Both the position numbers and the translations under genes were made by a program. A DNA stretch of 45,337 bases from Gemmatimonadota bacterium (GTDB taxonomy: Bacteria > Gemmatimonadota > Gemmatimonadetes > Longimicrobiales > RSA9): contig JBBDRO010000105.1 of assembly GCA_040905425.1 (NCBI GenBank), forward strand, positions 30,733 through 76,069. Direction: 5' to 3'. The notes under the pieces were generated by a model. The model was not told where the DNA came from, did no database searches, and saw only the letters and a list, made by a program, of their open reading frames with translations. Of this stretch, positions 10,170 through 19,560 are shown one piece after another. Each line of letters begins with the position of its first letter. Position 1 is the first letter of the stretch.

Positions 10170-11360
10170 ATGACCACCCTGCTCCAGCGCGCCGCCGAAC
10201 TGGCCGAGGACCTGACCGGTCTGCGCCGGGACCTGCACGCCCACCCCGAGCTCGCCTTCCAGGAGACGCGCACGGCGGCGCTGGCGGCGGAGCGCGCCGG
10301 CGCGCTGGGCTACACGGTACGCACCGGTGTGGGGCGCACCGGGGTGGTGGCAGAGCTGGCGAACGGGGACGGCCCGGTGGTGGCGCTGCGTGCGGATATG
10401 GATGCCCTCCCCATCCAGGAATCAAGCGACGTCCCCTACGCCAGCTCCGTGGCCGGCGTCATGCACGCCTGCGGGCACGACGCCCACGTGGCGTGCCTGC
10501 TGGGCGCGGCGCGCCTCCTGGCGGACGCCCGGGCGGCGGGGACGCTGCCCGCCGGGACGGTGCGCCTGCTCTTCCAGCCCTCGGAGGAGGCCGCCGACGA
10601 GGAGGGCAAGAGCGGGGCGCGCCGCATGGTGGAGGAGGGGGCCATGGCCGGCGTGGACGCGGTCTTCGGCCTGCACGTGGGCGGCGACCTGCCAGCGGGC
10701 ACGGCCTTCTTCAGCCCGGGCCCCATCATGGCCGGCTCGGACTCCTTCCGCGCCACCGTGCGCGGCCGGAGCGCGCACGCTGCGCGCCCCCAGGAGGGGG
10801 TGGACGCCATCGTGCTGGCCGCGCAGGCGGTGAGCGCCCTGCAGCAGGTGGTGGCGCGGCGCACCTCCCCGCTGGACGCCGCCGCCGTGACCATCGGCCG
10901 CATCGAGGGCGGCGTGGCCGAGAACGTGGTGGCCGAGGAGGTGCGCCTGGAGGGCACGTTCCGCTACTTCGAGGGCGCGCTGCGCGAGCGCCTGCATGAT
11001 GAGATCCGCCGCGCCTTTGCCGTGGCCGACGCGCTGGGCGGCGTCAGCCGGGTGGACTTCCGCCCCGGCTACCCGCCGGTGGTCAACCACCCCGGCATGA
11101 CGGCGCTGGCCGAGGCCGCCGCCCGGGAGGCGCTGGGCGCCGATGGCGTGGCGCCCTACGAACCGTGGATGGGCGCCGAGGACTTTGCCTTCCTGCTGGC
11201 GGAGGCACCCGGCTGCTTCTTCTGGTTGGGCGCCGCGCCCGCCGACGGGCCGCGCGCGCATCACACCCCCACCTTCGACATCGACGAGCGCGTCCTGCCG
11301 CGCGGCGCCGCGGTGCTGGCCGCCGTGGCCATGGCCGCGCTGCGCAGCCCGGGCGGCTGA
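10170..11360 (+). CDS. M20 family amidohydrolase (M20D/HipO-like)
   Basis: RRDLHAHPELAFQE, LRADMDALP, MHACGHDAH, FQPSEE, GAEDF and HHTPTF motifs. Confidence 0.92.
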   Translation: MTTLLQRAAELAEDLTGLRRDLHAHPELAFQETRTAALAAERAGALGYTVRTGVGRTGVVAELANGDGPVVALRADMDALPIQESSDVPYASSVAGVMHACGHDAHVACLLGAARLLADARAAGTLPAGTVRLLFQPSEEAADEEGKSGARRMVEEGAMAGVDAVFGLHVGGDLPAGTAFFSPGPIMAGSDSFRATVRGRSAHAARPQEGVDAIVLAAQAVSALQQVVARRTSPLDAAAVTIGRIEGGVAENVVAEEVRLEGTFRYFEGALRERLHDEIRRAFAVADALGGVSRVDFRPGYPPVVNHPGMTALAEAAAREALGADGVAPYEPWMGAEDFAFLLAEAPGCFFWLGAAPADGPRAHHTPTFDIDERVLPRGAAVLAAVAMAALRSPGG

Positions 11361-11385
11361 GGCGCGCATTCCCGACGGAGACACC

Positions 11386-13140
11386 ATGCGAAGTCTGCAC
11401 AGACCGTTCCCCCTGGCGCTGCTGCTGGCGGCCGCCTGCACCGCACCGGCGCCCACCACCACCGCTCCGGACGCCGCGGCGCTGCGCGCGGCCGTGCCCG
11501 CCGCGTGGCCCTACGACCTCGACCCCGAGGTGGCCACCAGTACCGCGGGCATGGTTGCCACCGACGCCCCGCTGGCCACGGAGGTGGGTGCGGCGGTGCT
11601 GCGCGATGGCGGCAATGCCGTGGACGCGGCGGTGGCCACCGCCTTCGCGCTGGCCGTGGTCTACCCGGAGGCCGGCAACCTGGGCGGCGGAGGCTTCATG
11701 GTGGCGCGCATGGCGGACGGCACGGAGGCCGCACTCGACTTCCGCGAGGAGGCGCCCGGGGCCGCCACTGCGGACATGTACCTGGACGCCCAGAACAACG
11801 TCACGGACGCCTCGGTGACGGGGCACCTGGCCGCCGGTGTGCCGGGCTCGGTGGCGGGGCTGTGGGCGGCGCACGAGCGCTTCGGCACGCGGCCGTGGGC
11901 GGAGCTGCTGGCGCCCGCCATCCGCCTGGCGCGCGACGGCTTCACGGTGACCGAGCGCCTGGAGGCCACCGTGCGGGGCGACTCGGCGCGGCTGGCCCGC
12001 TTCGCCGGCTCGGCGGCCCTGCTACTGCCCGATGGGCGCCCGCCGCGGGCGGGCAGCACGTGGCGCAACCCGGAGCTGGCCGCCGTCCTCGAGCGCATTG
12101 CCGAGGAAGGGCCCGCGGGCTTCTACGAGGGGGAGACCGCCCGGCTCATCGTGGCCGAGATGGCGCGCGGCAACGGCATCATCGCCCTGGCCGACCTGGC
12201 CGCCTACGAGGCGCACTGGCGCGAGCCCGTGGCCTTCGACTACCGCGGCCACCGCGTGATCTCCATGCCCCCGCCCTCGTCGGGCGGCATCACGCTGGCG
12301 CTCATGGCCAATATCCTGGAGGGCTGGGAGCCGGCGGACTTCGGCTGGCGCGATGCGCGCTGGCTGCATCTGGAGGCCGAGGCCATGCGGCGCGCCTTCG
12401 CCGATCGCAACCACTACCTGGGCGACTCCGACTTCGTGGACTTCCCGCGCGAACGGCTGGTGTCCCAGGCGTACGCCGACCGCTGGCGCGCGGGCATCGA
12501 TCCCGCGCGGGCCTCGGTGTCGGCGGACATCCAGGCCGGCGGCCCCATCCGCGAGCCCGAGCACACCACCCACTTCTCCGTGGTGGACGGCAGCGGCAAC
12601 GCGGTGGCACTCACCACCACGATCAACAACCTGTACGGCGCCGCCGTGACCGTGAGCGGCGCGGGCTTCCTGCTGAACGACGAGATGGACGACTTCACCT
12701 CCAAGCCCGGCGTGCCCAACATGTACGGGCTGGTGCAGGGGGAAGCCAACGCCATCGCGCCGGGCAAGCGGATGCTCTCGGCCATGACCCCCACCGTGGT
12801 GCTGGATCCGGCCGGCCAGCCGCTCCTGGTGACGGGGGCGCGCGGCGGGCCGCGCATCATCACGGCGGTGTTCCAGGTGCTCTCCAACGTGGTGGACTTC
12901 GGGCTGGACGTGGGCGCGGCGGTCAACGCGCCGCGCATCCACCACCAGCACCTGCCCGACGTGCTCTATTTCGAGCCGGCGGGGATGGACTCCGCCCGCG
13001 TGGCGGCGCTCGCCGCCCTGGGCCACGACGTGCGCGAGCGCTCCGGCACCATCGGCAACGCACCCACGCTACTGCGCACCCCCGACGGGTGGCGCGGCCT
13101 GGCGGACCCCCGCTCGGGGGGCAACGCCATCGGGCACTGA
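11386..13140 (+). CDS. ggt: Gamma-glutamyltransferase, probable lipoprotein
   Basis: GGNAVDAAVA, LDFRE, PPPSSGG, the autocleavage HTTHFS, LNDEMDDF, KRMLSAMTP and DPR motifs; lipobox LLAAAC; GGAGA RBS. Confidence 0.95.
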   Translation: MRSLHRPFPLALLLAAACTAPAPTTTAPDAAALRAAVPAAWPYDLDPEVATSTAGMVATDAPLATEVGAAVLRDGGNAVDAAVATAFALAVVYPEAGNLGGGGFMVARMADGTEAALDFREEAPGAATADMYLDAQNNVTDASVTGHLAAGVPGSVAGLWAAHERFGTRPWAELLAPAIRLARDGFTVTERLEATVRGDSARLARFAGSAALLLPDGRPPRAGSTWRNPELAAVLERIAEEGPAGFYEGETARLIVAEMARGNGIIALADLAAYEAHWREPVAFDYRGHRVISMPPPSSGGITLALMANILEGWEPADFGWRDARWLHLEAEAMRRAFADRNHYLGDSDFVDFPRERLVSQAYADRWRAGIDPARASVSADIQAGGPIREPEHTTHFSVVDGSGNAVALTTTINNLYGAAVTVSGAGFLLNDEMDDFTSKPGVPNMYGLVQGEANAIAPGKRMLSAMTPTVVLDPAGQPLLVTGARGGPRIITAVFQVLSNVVDFGLDVGAAVNAPRIHHQHLPDVLYFEPAGMDSARVAALAALGHDVRERSGTIGNAPTLLRTPDGWRGLADPRSGGNAIGH

Positions 13141-13150
13141 CACGCCAAGA

Positions 13151-13182
13151 GGGCGGGCCGGGAATCGCTTCCCCGCCCGCCC
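13151..13182. terminator. GC-rich hairpin between convergent genes; possible terminator
   Basis: GGGCGGGCCGGGAA-TCGC-TTCCCCGCCCGCCC (13/14 paired); no strong U-tract. Confidence 0.5.
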
Positions 13183-13244
13183 TCCCGCGTCCGGCGGCGG
13201 GTTTTGCACCGCTACCACCGGATGCCGTCCAGCACCGCCGTGAG

Positions 13245-14090
13245 CTAGATGACCCGCCGGACCGTGACCGGTCCGTCCAGCCGGATGACCATCTCCGAGC
13301 CCGCGGGCAGCACCGCGTCCACGTCCGCCGTCCCCATGGCCACGGCCGTACCGGCCACCGCACCGATCACGGCGCCCTTCAGCGTGGACTTCGTGTCCTT
13401 GCCGAGCACCTGGCCCAGGATGGCACCCGCCGCCGCACCGGCTGCCACCTTACCGGCCTGCTGCGCGGTCGAGCTGCCCGACACCTTCTCCGGCTCCGTG
13501 CGTACCACCGTGGCCTGCAGCGGGTAGGTGGCGCCGTCGAAGGAGACCGCCTCGAAAGCCAGGTTCATGACGGCCGTCTGACCCACCCGGCCGGATGGCT
13601 GCACCTGGGTGATGCGACCGCGCACCGTAGCGCCGGCCGGGATGACTACGTTCCCCTCGGAGTCGGTGACGTCCTGGCTCACCCGCGCCGTGAAGGCGTC
13701 ACCCGCCTGGTTGCGGTCCGTGCCGAGCGTCTCGTTCAGCGTCAGCGTAACGCTCGTACCGGTGGAGGCCGTACGGCTGACCGCGCGCGGAGCCGGCGCC
13801 GGGCTCTCCGTGCGGGGCGCCGGCGTGGGCGTCACCGGCCTGGGCTGCGGCTGACGCGGGGCGGGCGCCTGCTGGCGGGGCACATTCTCCGCCGCAGCGT
13901 CCTGGCGGGCCTCCGCGGTGTCCTCAAAAATGGTCATTGCGGTGTCCCCCTGAAGCGCCAGATCCAGCTCGCGGCGGAGTTCGTCCTGCTCGAGGGCGCT
14001 GCGATCGGCCCCGTCTCCGCCGCAGGCGGCGGCCGTCAGCGCCAGCGCCAGGGTAGCTGTCAAAGCGCGAAAAGCGTTGCGCTGTCTCAT
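13245..14090 (-). CDS. Hypothetical lipoprotein with a Pro-rich linker, a TrbI/VirB10-like beta domain and a glycine zipper
   Basis: Lipobox TAAAC; GDAFTARV...VVIPAGATVRGRI; GAAAGAILG...GAVIGAVAG. Confidence 0.7.
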   Translation of the reverse strand: MRQRNAFRALTATLALALTAAACGGDGADRSALEQDELRRELDLALQGDTAMTIFEDTAEARQDAAAENVPRQQAPAPRQPQPRPVTPTPAPRTESPAPAPRAVSRTASTGTSVTLTLNETLGTDRNQAGDAFTARVSQDVTDSEGNVVIPAGATVRGRITQVQPSGRVGQTAVMNLAFEAVSFDGATYPLQATVVRTEPEKVSGSSTAQQAGKVAAGAAAGAILGQVLGKDTKSTLKGAVIGAVAGTAVAMGTADVDAVLPAGSEMVIRLDGPVTVRRVI

Positions 14091-14116
14091 GTTTTCCCCC
14101 TCGGTTGCGCGCCCGC

Positions 14117-14145
14117 TTGAAGCGGCGGGAGCGCGTCGGTATGCT
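14117..14145 (+). promoter_or_regulatory. Putative sigma70 promoter for the ABC transporter
   Basis: TTGAAG-17 bp-TATGCT in the divergent intergenic region. Confidence 0.55.
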
Positions 14146-14297
14146 TAGCGCAGGCTCCCCACCGGGGGGCGCCCGCTGCCCTTATAAGGGCAACGCACAT
14201 GCCACATCGGGCCGCGCCACCGTTGCCGGTGAGCGGCCCCGCTTTTTTGGCTGATTCGGCCGGGCCGCTGGCGCGCGGCCGGGCCCCCGGAGGCGCC

Positions 14298-16076
14298 GTG
14301 AAGCCCCTGATGCACATCCTGCCGTACCTGCGCCGCTATCGCGGCGGCATTGCCGTGGGGCTGCTCATGGTGGTCCTGGCCAACGCCTTCCACGTGCTCT
14401 CGCCCTGGCTGCTCGGGCGCGCCATCGACGCGCTGGGTGAGCCCGGGGCGGGCCGGCGCACGCTGGGCGTCTACGCGGCGCTCATCGTGGGCACCGCCGT
14501 GCTGGGCGGCGCCGCCCGCTTCGGCATGCGCCAGATCCTGAACACGCTGAGCCGCCGCGTGGAGGTGGACCTGCGTGACGACTTCTTCGCGCACCTGGTG
14601 CGGCTGGACGCGCCCTTCTACGGCGCCACACGGACCGGGGATCTGATGAGTCGCGCCACCAATGACACCCAGGCCGTGCGCATGGCCATCGGCCCGGGCA
14701 TCATGTACCTGGTCAACACCTTCGCCATGACCGCGCTGGCGCTCTTCTTCATGTTCCGCTACAGCGTGTCCCTCACGCTCGTCTCCCTGATCCCGCTGCT
14801 GGCGCTGCCGCCCGCCATGCTCCACTTCGGGCGCGTCATCCACCGCCGTTTCGAGCGCATCCAGGAGCACCTGGGCCACCTCTCCACCATGGTGCAGGAG
14901 AACCTCTCCGGTGTGCGCATCGTGCGCGCCTACCGGCAGGAGGAGAGCCAGCAGGCGGAGTTCGAGGAGCTGAACGCCCAGTATCTGGAAAAGAACATGG
15001 ACCTGGCGCGCACCTCAGCGCTCTTCCACCCGCTCATGCAGGTCTTCACGGGGCTGGGCATGCTGGCGGTGCTGTGGGTGGGTGGGCTGCAGGTCATGGC
15101 CGGCACCATCACGGCGGGTGACTTCGTGGCCTTCGGCTTCTACCTGGTCATGCTCACCTGGCCGATGGTGGCGCTGGGCTGGGTGATCAATCTCTTCCAG
15201 CGGGGCGCCGCCTCCATGGCGCGCATCAACCGCATCATGGCAGCGCGCCCGCAGGTGCCCGAGCCGGCGCACCCACGCGCGCTGGAGCGCACGCGCGGGG
15301 AGGTGGAGTTCCGCAACGTCTCCTTCCGCTACCCCGGCACCGAGCGCTGGGTGCTGCGGGACGTCTGCTTCCGCATCCCCGCCGGCAGCACGGCGGCCCT
15401 CGTGGGTCCCACGGCCGCAGGCAAATCCACCGTGGTGCATCTGCTCACCAGGCGCTACGATCCCACCGAGGGCCAGGTGCTGCTGGACGGCGTCCCGCTC
15501 GACGAACTGTCCTTTGCCACCGTGCGCGCCGCCGTGGGCGTGGTGCCGCAGGACGCGTTCGTTTTCTCGGACACCATCGCCGCCAATGTGGGGCTGGGTC
15601 TGGATGGCGGCCCCGAGGACCGGCTCCGTGTGGAGGAGGCGGTGCGCATCGCGCGCCTGGATGAGGCCATTGCATCGTTCCCGCGCGGCCTGGAGACGCG
15701 CCTGGGCGAGCGCGGCGTGAACCTCTCGGGAGGACAGCGCCAGCGCGCCACGCTGGCTCGCGCCCTGGCCATGGATCCGCCGATCCTGATCCTGGATGAC
15801 GCTCTCAGCGCCGTGGATACGCACACCGAAACGGAGATCCTGCGCGGCCTGCGCACCGTCATGGCGGAGCGCACCGCCCTCATCGTGAGCCATCGGGTCA
15901 GCGCCGTGATGGGCACCGATCTGATCCTGGTGCTGGACGAGGGCCGGGTGGTCGAGCGCGGCGTGCACACGGACCTCATCCGCGCCGGTGGACTCTACGC
16001 CACCCTCCTGCGCCGGCAGCTCCTGGCGGAGGGGCTGGAGGAGGAGCCGCTTGCCGGCGCCTCCGATCGGACCTAA
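14298..16076 (+). CDS. ABC exporter half-transporter (TMD+NBD), YheI/BmrC-like
   Basis: N-terminal TMD, Walker A GPTAAGKST, signature LSGGQRQR, Walker B ILILDDALSAVD; GTG preceded by GGAGG. Confidence 0.92.
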   Translation: MKPLMHILPYLRRYRGGIAVGLLMVVLANAFHVLSPWLLGRAIDALGEPGAGRRTLGVYAALIVGTAVLGGAARFGMRQILNTLSRRVEVDLRDDFFAHLVRLDAPFYGATRTGDLMSRATNDTQAVRMAIGPGIMYLVNTFAMTALALFFMFRYSVSLTLVSLIPLLALPPAMLHFGRVIHRRFERIQEHLGHLSTMVQENLSGVRIVRAYRQEESQQAEFEELNAQYLEKNMDLARTSALFHPLMQVFTGLGMLAVLWVGGLQVMAGTITAGDFVAFGFYLVMLTWPMVALGWVINLFQRGAASMARINRIMAARPQVPEPAHPRALERTRGEVEFRNVSFRYPGTERWVLRDVCFRIPAGSTAALVGPTAAGKSTVVHLLTRRYDPTEGQVLLDGVPLDELSFATVRAAVGVVPQDAFVFSDTIAANVGLGLDGGPEDRLRVEEAVRIARLDEAIASFPRGLETRLGERGVNLSGGQRQRATLARALAMDPPILILDDALSAVDTHTETEILRGLRTVMAERTALIVSHRVSAVMGTDLILVLDEGRVVERGVHTDLIRAGGLYATLLRRQLLAEGLEEEPLAGASDRT

Positions 16077-16089
16077 CCTTAAGCGACGC

Positions 16090-16470
16090 ATGACGAAGCC
16101 TACCGCGCCCATCCTCCTCGTCGAAGACGACCCGCTGCTCCGCCACGCGTTCCGGCTGCTGCTGGAAGACGCGGGCTACAGCGTCGTGGAAGCCGGCACC
16201 GCCGCAGCGGCCGTGGATGCCGCGCTCGAGTATACCCCCTCGCTCATCCTGCTGGATCTGGGGCTGCCCGACCGGCCCGGGCTGGAGGTAGCGCGCGAAC
16301 TCTCCGGTCACGCCGCCATGCGGGCCGTGCCCATCGTGGCGCTCACCGGACGGGTGGGCTCGGAGCAGCGCCAGGACTGCCTGGACGCCGGCTGCAGTCA
16401 TTTTCTGGCCAAGCCGATCGAGCCCCGGGAGCTGCTGCGGCGCCTGCCCGAGCTCCTGGCCGCGGGCTGA
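16090..16470 (+). CDS. Single-domain response regulator (receiver)
   Basis: LLVEDD, LLDLGLPD (phospho-Asp), ALTG and AKP motifs. Confidence 0.9.
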   Translation: MTKPTAPILLVEDDPLLRHAFRLLLEDAGYSVVEAGTAAAAVDAALEYTPSLILLDLGLPDRPGLEVARELSGHAAMRAVPIVALTGRVGSEQRQDCLDAGCSHFLAKPIEPRELLRRLPELLAAG

Positions 16471-16480
16471 ACCGCGGTCC

Positions 16481-18277
16481 GTGTCCGCCACCCCCGCCGA
16501 GGCGCCGCGGCCGATGGGCAGGCTGAAGCGCCTGCGGCGGGCGCTCTACCGCTTCTACTACCGCATCAAGTACTTCCCCTTCGCCGCCGAGCGCCGCCAA
16601 CGCAGTGAGCGCGAAGAACGCGGCTTCGTGGCCATCCAGATCGACGCGCTCGCCCACGAGGATTTGGAGCGGGCCATGGCGCGCGGCTATGCCCCCAACA
16701 TGCGCAAACTCGTGGAGCGGCACGGCTGGGAGCTGCGGCGCTACCCCTCTGGCCTGCCCGGTGCCACGCCCGCGTGCCAGGCAGGCATCTTCTACGGCAC
16801 CAAGGAAGACATCCCAGCCTTCCGCTGGTACGACAAGCGCGCGCGGCGCATGGTGATCGGCTCGCGGAGGAGCGACGTCCAGCAGATCCGTGATCGCCTG
16901 CCACGCGAGGGCGTGCTCACCGGCGGCTCCAGCTACGTGAACATCTACGACGGCGGCGCGGAGCGGGCCATCTTCACGCTCTCCGCCCGCGAGGCGCAGC
17001 CGTTGCTGGAGGCCATGGGCGGCGGGCGGGTCCTCCTGCTGGCCTTCCTGCACCCCGTGCGCATGCTGCGTATGGTGCTGGCCAGCGTCTGGGAATACGT
17101 CCGCGAGGAATGGGACCGCCTGGTGAGCCAGGTGAAGGGCCAGTACACCTACTACTGGTGGTACCTGCCCTTCGTGCACATCGGCACCAACGTGATCCTG
17201 CGCGAACTGCAGACCATGGCCGTGCTGCTGGACATCTACGTGGGGCGGCCCGCCATCTACACCACCTACAACGTGTACGACGAGTTTGCCCATCACTTCG
17301 GCCCCGGCTCGGCGGCCGCCTACCGGAGCGTGCGCGCCTGGGACCGACGCCTGGGTGAGATCCTGCGCATGCTGCGCCGCGTGCCCGGCCGGCCCTACGA
17401 CCTCTACGTCCTGAGCGATCACGGCCAGACGCCGTCGGTGCCCTACAAGATCCGCTACGGCGAGACGCTGGGTGAGACCATCGTGGCCGCCGCCAAGGAG
17501 GGCGTGATGGAGGTGGCTGGGCGGGGGGACTACGCCCCCGCGCATCAGGACGTCATGGACTTCCTGATGGAGGAGCTGGAGGAGGTGTCCGCGTCCTCCA
17601 GCCGGCCCGCGCAGGCGGGTGGGCTCCGCCTGGGCCGCTGGCTGCGCAAGCACTACAACCCGTTCCCGCTGGTGGCGGAGACGGTGCGGCAATCGGCCAC
17701 CGCCAAGCTGGCCGTGACGTACTCGTCCTCCCTGGCGCACGTCTACTGGATCGAGCCCGAGGAGCCGCTCACCTTCGACGAGGTGCGCGGAGATCCGGAC
17801 CGGCGGGCGCTCTACTACTTCCTGGTGGCCCACGGCGGCATCGGCGTGGTCATCACGCGCATGCTGGACGGCGCGCACGTGGAGTCGCTACGAGGTCGGG
17901 CCCTCGTCACGCCCACGGGTGACCTGGAGGTGCTGGCGGGGCAGGATCCACTCGCCGACTACGCCGTGCAGCCCGTGGAGCGGCGCGCCATCGCGCGGCT
18001 GGCGCAGTACCGCAGCAGCGGGGACGTCATCCTCTTCAGCGCCTACGATCCCGAGCGGGACGTGTGCGTCTGCTTCGACGATCAGGTGGGCGCCCACGGC
18101 GCCATGGGCGGGCGCCAGTTCTGGCCCTTCCTGCTCACGCCCCGTGGCCTGGTCCCCGAGCGCTACGTCATCGACGACCCCGTGGACCTGCATCCGCTCT
18201 TCGCGCGCTATCCGCTGCATGCCGGGGCGCCGGGCATTCCCGAGGGGGAACGCCGTGCCCCCCTGGCTGAGGTGTAA
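16481..18277 (+). CDS. Alkaline phosphatase superfamily / nucleotide pyrophosphatase-phosphodiesterase-like protein
   Basis: IQIDALAH, GLPGATPACQAG, YDEFAHHFGP, LSDHGQ and GAHG metal motifs. Start may be ATG 16514. Confidence 0.75.
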   Translation: MSATPAEAPRPMGRLKRLRRALYRFYYRIKYFPFAAERRQRSEREERGFVAIQIDALAHEDLERAMARGYAPNMRKLVERHGWELRRYPSGLPGATPACQAGIFYGTKEDIPAFRWYDKRARRMVIGSRRSDVQQIRDRLPREGVLTGGSSYVNIYDGGAERAIFTLSAREAQPLLEAMGGGRVLLLAFLHPVRMLRMVLASVWEYVREEWDRLVSQVKGQYTYYWWYLPFVHIGTNVILRELQTMAVLLDIYVGRPAIYTTYNVYDEFAHHFGPGSAAAYRSVRAWDRRLGEILRMLRRVPGRPYDLYVLSDHGQTPSVPYKIRYGETLGETIVAAAKEGVMEVAGRGDYAPAHQDVMDFLMEELEEVSASSSRPAQAGGLRLGRWLRKHYNPFPLVAETVRQSATAKLAVTYSSSLAHVYWIEPEEPLTFDEVRGDPDRRALYYFLVAHGGIGVVITRMLDGAHVESLRGRALVTPTGDLEVLAGQDPLADYAVQPVERRAIARLAQYRSSGDVILFSAYDPERDVCVCFDDQVGAHGAMGGRQFWPFLLTPRGLVPERYVIDDPVDLHPLFARYPLHAGAPGIPEGERRAPLAEV

Positions 18278-18327
18278 GCGACGACGCCCGTCAGCTCACC
18301 GGCACCACAACACACACCGTCTCGCCC

Positions 18328-19242
18328 TCAGCCCTTCGCGAAGCGGTAGCCGATCAGCTTGTAGACCAGCTTGGCCACCAGGAAGTCCGGGGCCGGGAAG
18401 CCCGGCGTGGGCGCCAGCTCCACCACGTCCGCGCCCACCACCGTGCGCTCCCGGAAGACCCGCCTCAGCAGCTTCAGCGCCGGATACCACTGCAGGCCGC
18501 CCGGCTCGGGCGTGCCCGTGGAGGGCACCAGGGAGGGATCGAACGCGTCCACGTCGAAGGAGATGTAGACCTTCTCTTCGAGGGTCTCCATCACCTCGTC
18601 GATCCACGCCTCGCCGGTGTGGATGTCATCGGCCAGGAAAACGTGGATGTCCTGGCTGGCGCGCGCCAACGCCATCTCCTCCGTGGTCAGCGCCCGGATG
18701 CCCACGGCCGTCATGGTGGTACGCTCCCGCACGCGCGCCATGACGGCGGCGTGCGAGTAGGGTGAGCCCTCGTACTCCGGCCGCAGGTCCGTGTGCGCGT
18801 CGATGTTCAGCACGGAGAGGCGCTCGCCTTGCAGGCGGTCGGCCCAGGAGAGGATCGGCGCGCTGCTCACGGCGTGCTCGCCGCCGAGCAGCACCACGAA
18901 CTTGTCGGGGCCCGCCTCCAGCACCCGGTCGTAGGCCGCGCGCAGCTCGCCGATGGCCGCCTCGGGGCTGGCGTTCGTGAGCGCCAGGCCGGGCAGCGTG
19001 GCCACGCCCACCTCGGCCGGCTCGCCGTCCAGCTCCTGGTCGTAGAGCTCGATGTAGCGGGACGCGTCGATGATGGCCTGCGGGCCCCTGGAGGTGCCGC
19101 CGCCGTAGCTGGTGGTCGATTCGTAGGGCACGGGCAGGATCACCGCCCCGGCGCGCTCGAAATCCGCGCCGTCCTCGTCCAGCCCCAGGAAGGTGTGGGG
19201 CAGCTCCCACGCCAGCTCTCGCAGCCCTTCAGGCACCCGCAT
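18328..19242 (-). CDS. speB: Agmatinase (ureohydrolase family)
   Basis: GGEH, DAHTD, SHA and DVDAFDP..PSTGTPEPGG motifs; ATG 19242 with GGAGGAG RBS. Confidence 0.88.
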   Translation of the reverse strand: MRVPEGLRELAWELPHTFLGLDEDGADFERAGAVILPVPYESTTSYGGGTSRGPQAIIDASRYIELYDQELDGEPAEVGVATLPGLALTNASPEAAIGELRAAYDRVLEAGPDKFVVLLGGEHAVSSAPILSWADRLQGERLSVLNIDAHTDLRPEYEGSPYSHAAVMARVRERTTMTAVGIRALTTEEMALARASQDIHVFLADDIHTGEAWIDEVMETLEEKVYISFDVDAFDPSLVPSTGTPEPGGLQWYPALKLLRRVFRERTVVGADVVELAPTPGFPAPDFLVAKLVYKLIGYRFAKG

Positions 19243-19560
19243 GTCTCCTCCAGCCACGGTTGCATGCACGAGGGCCCCGCGTCCGGGGGCCCCCTCGTCA
19301 CGTCGATTCGGCATTCCGTCCTCCCGCCGCCCATTCTGTTGGTGCGCTGCGCCCCAACGTAACCGCCGCCGCGTCCGTTGCAAGCGACGTCCCCGTTCAC
19401 CTCCCCGGGGGCCGCACGTGTGTTCGCCGCCGCCGCCGCACGACGAGTACGGTGAGTACCTCGATTCTGCGGTATTCGGCCTGAGTCCCTCGGAAACGAT
19501 CCCCGCGCAGACTGGAACCCGAAGGGTTGCCCGCCCGGGCCATTCCGCCGAGCATAACGC

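Noticed and set aside
11505..14120. 871-aa and other long Arg/Gly/Pro-rich alternative-frame ORFs across the window
   Set aside because: Expected from stop-codon scarcity at high GC; they overlap well-supported genes and lack motifs.
19268..19298. Guanidine-II (mini-ykkC) riboswitch
   Set aside because: The loop reads GACG rather than a stem-closed ACGR, and no second matching hairpin was found.
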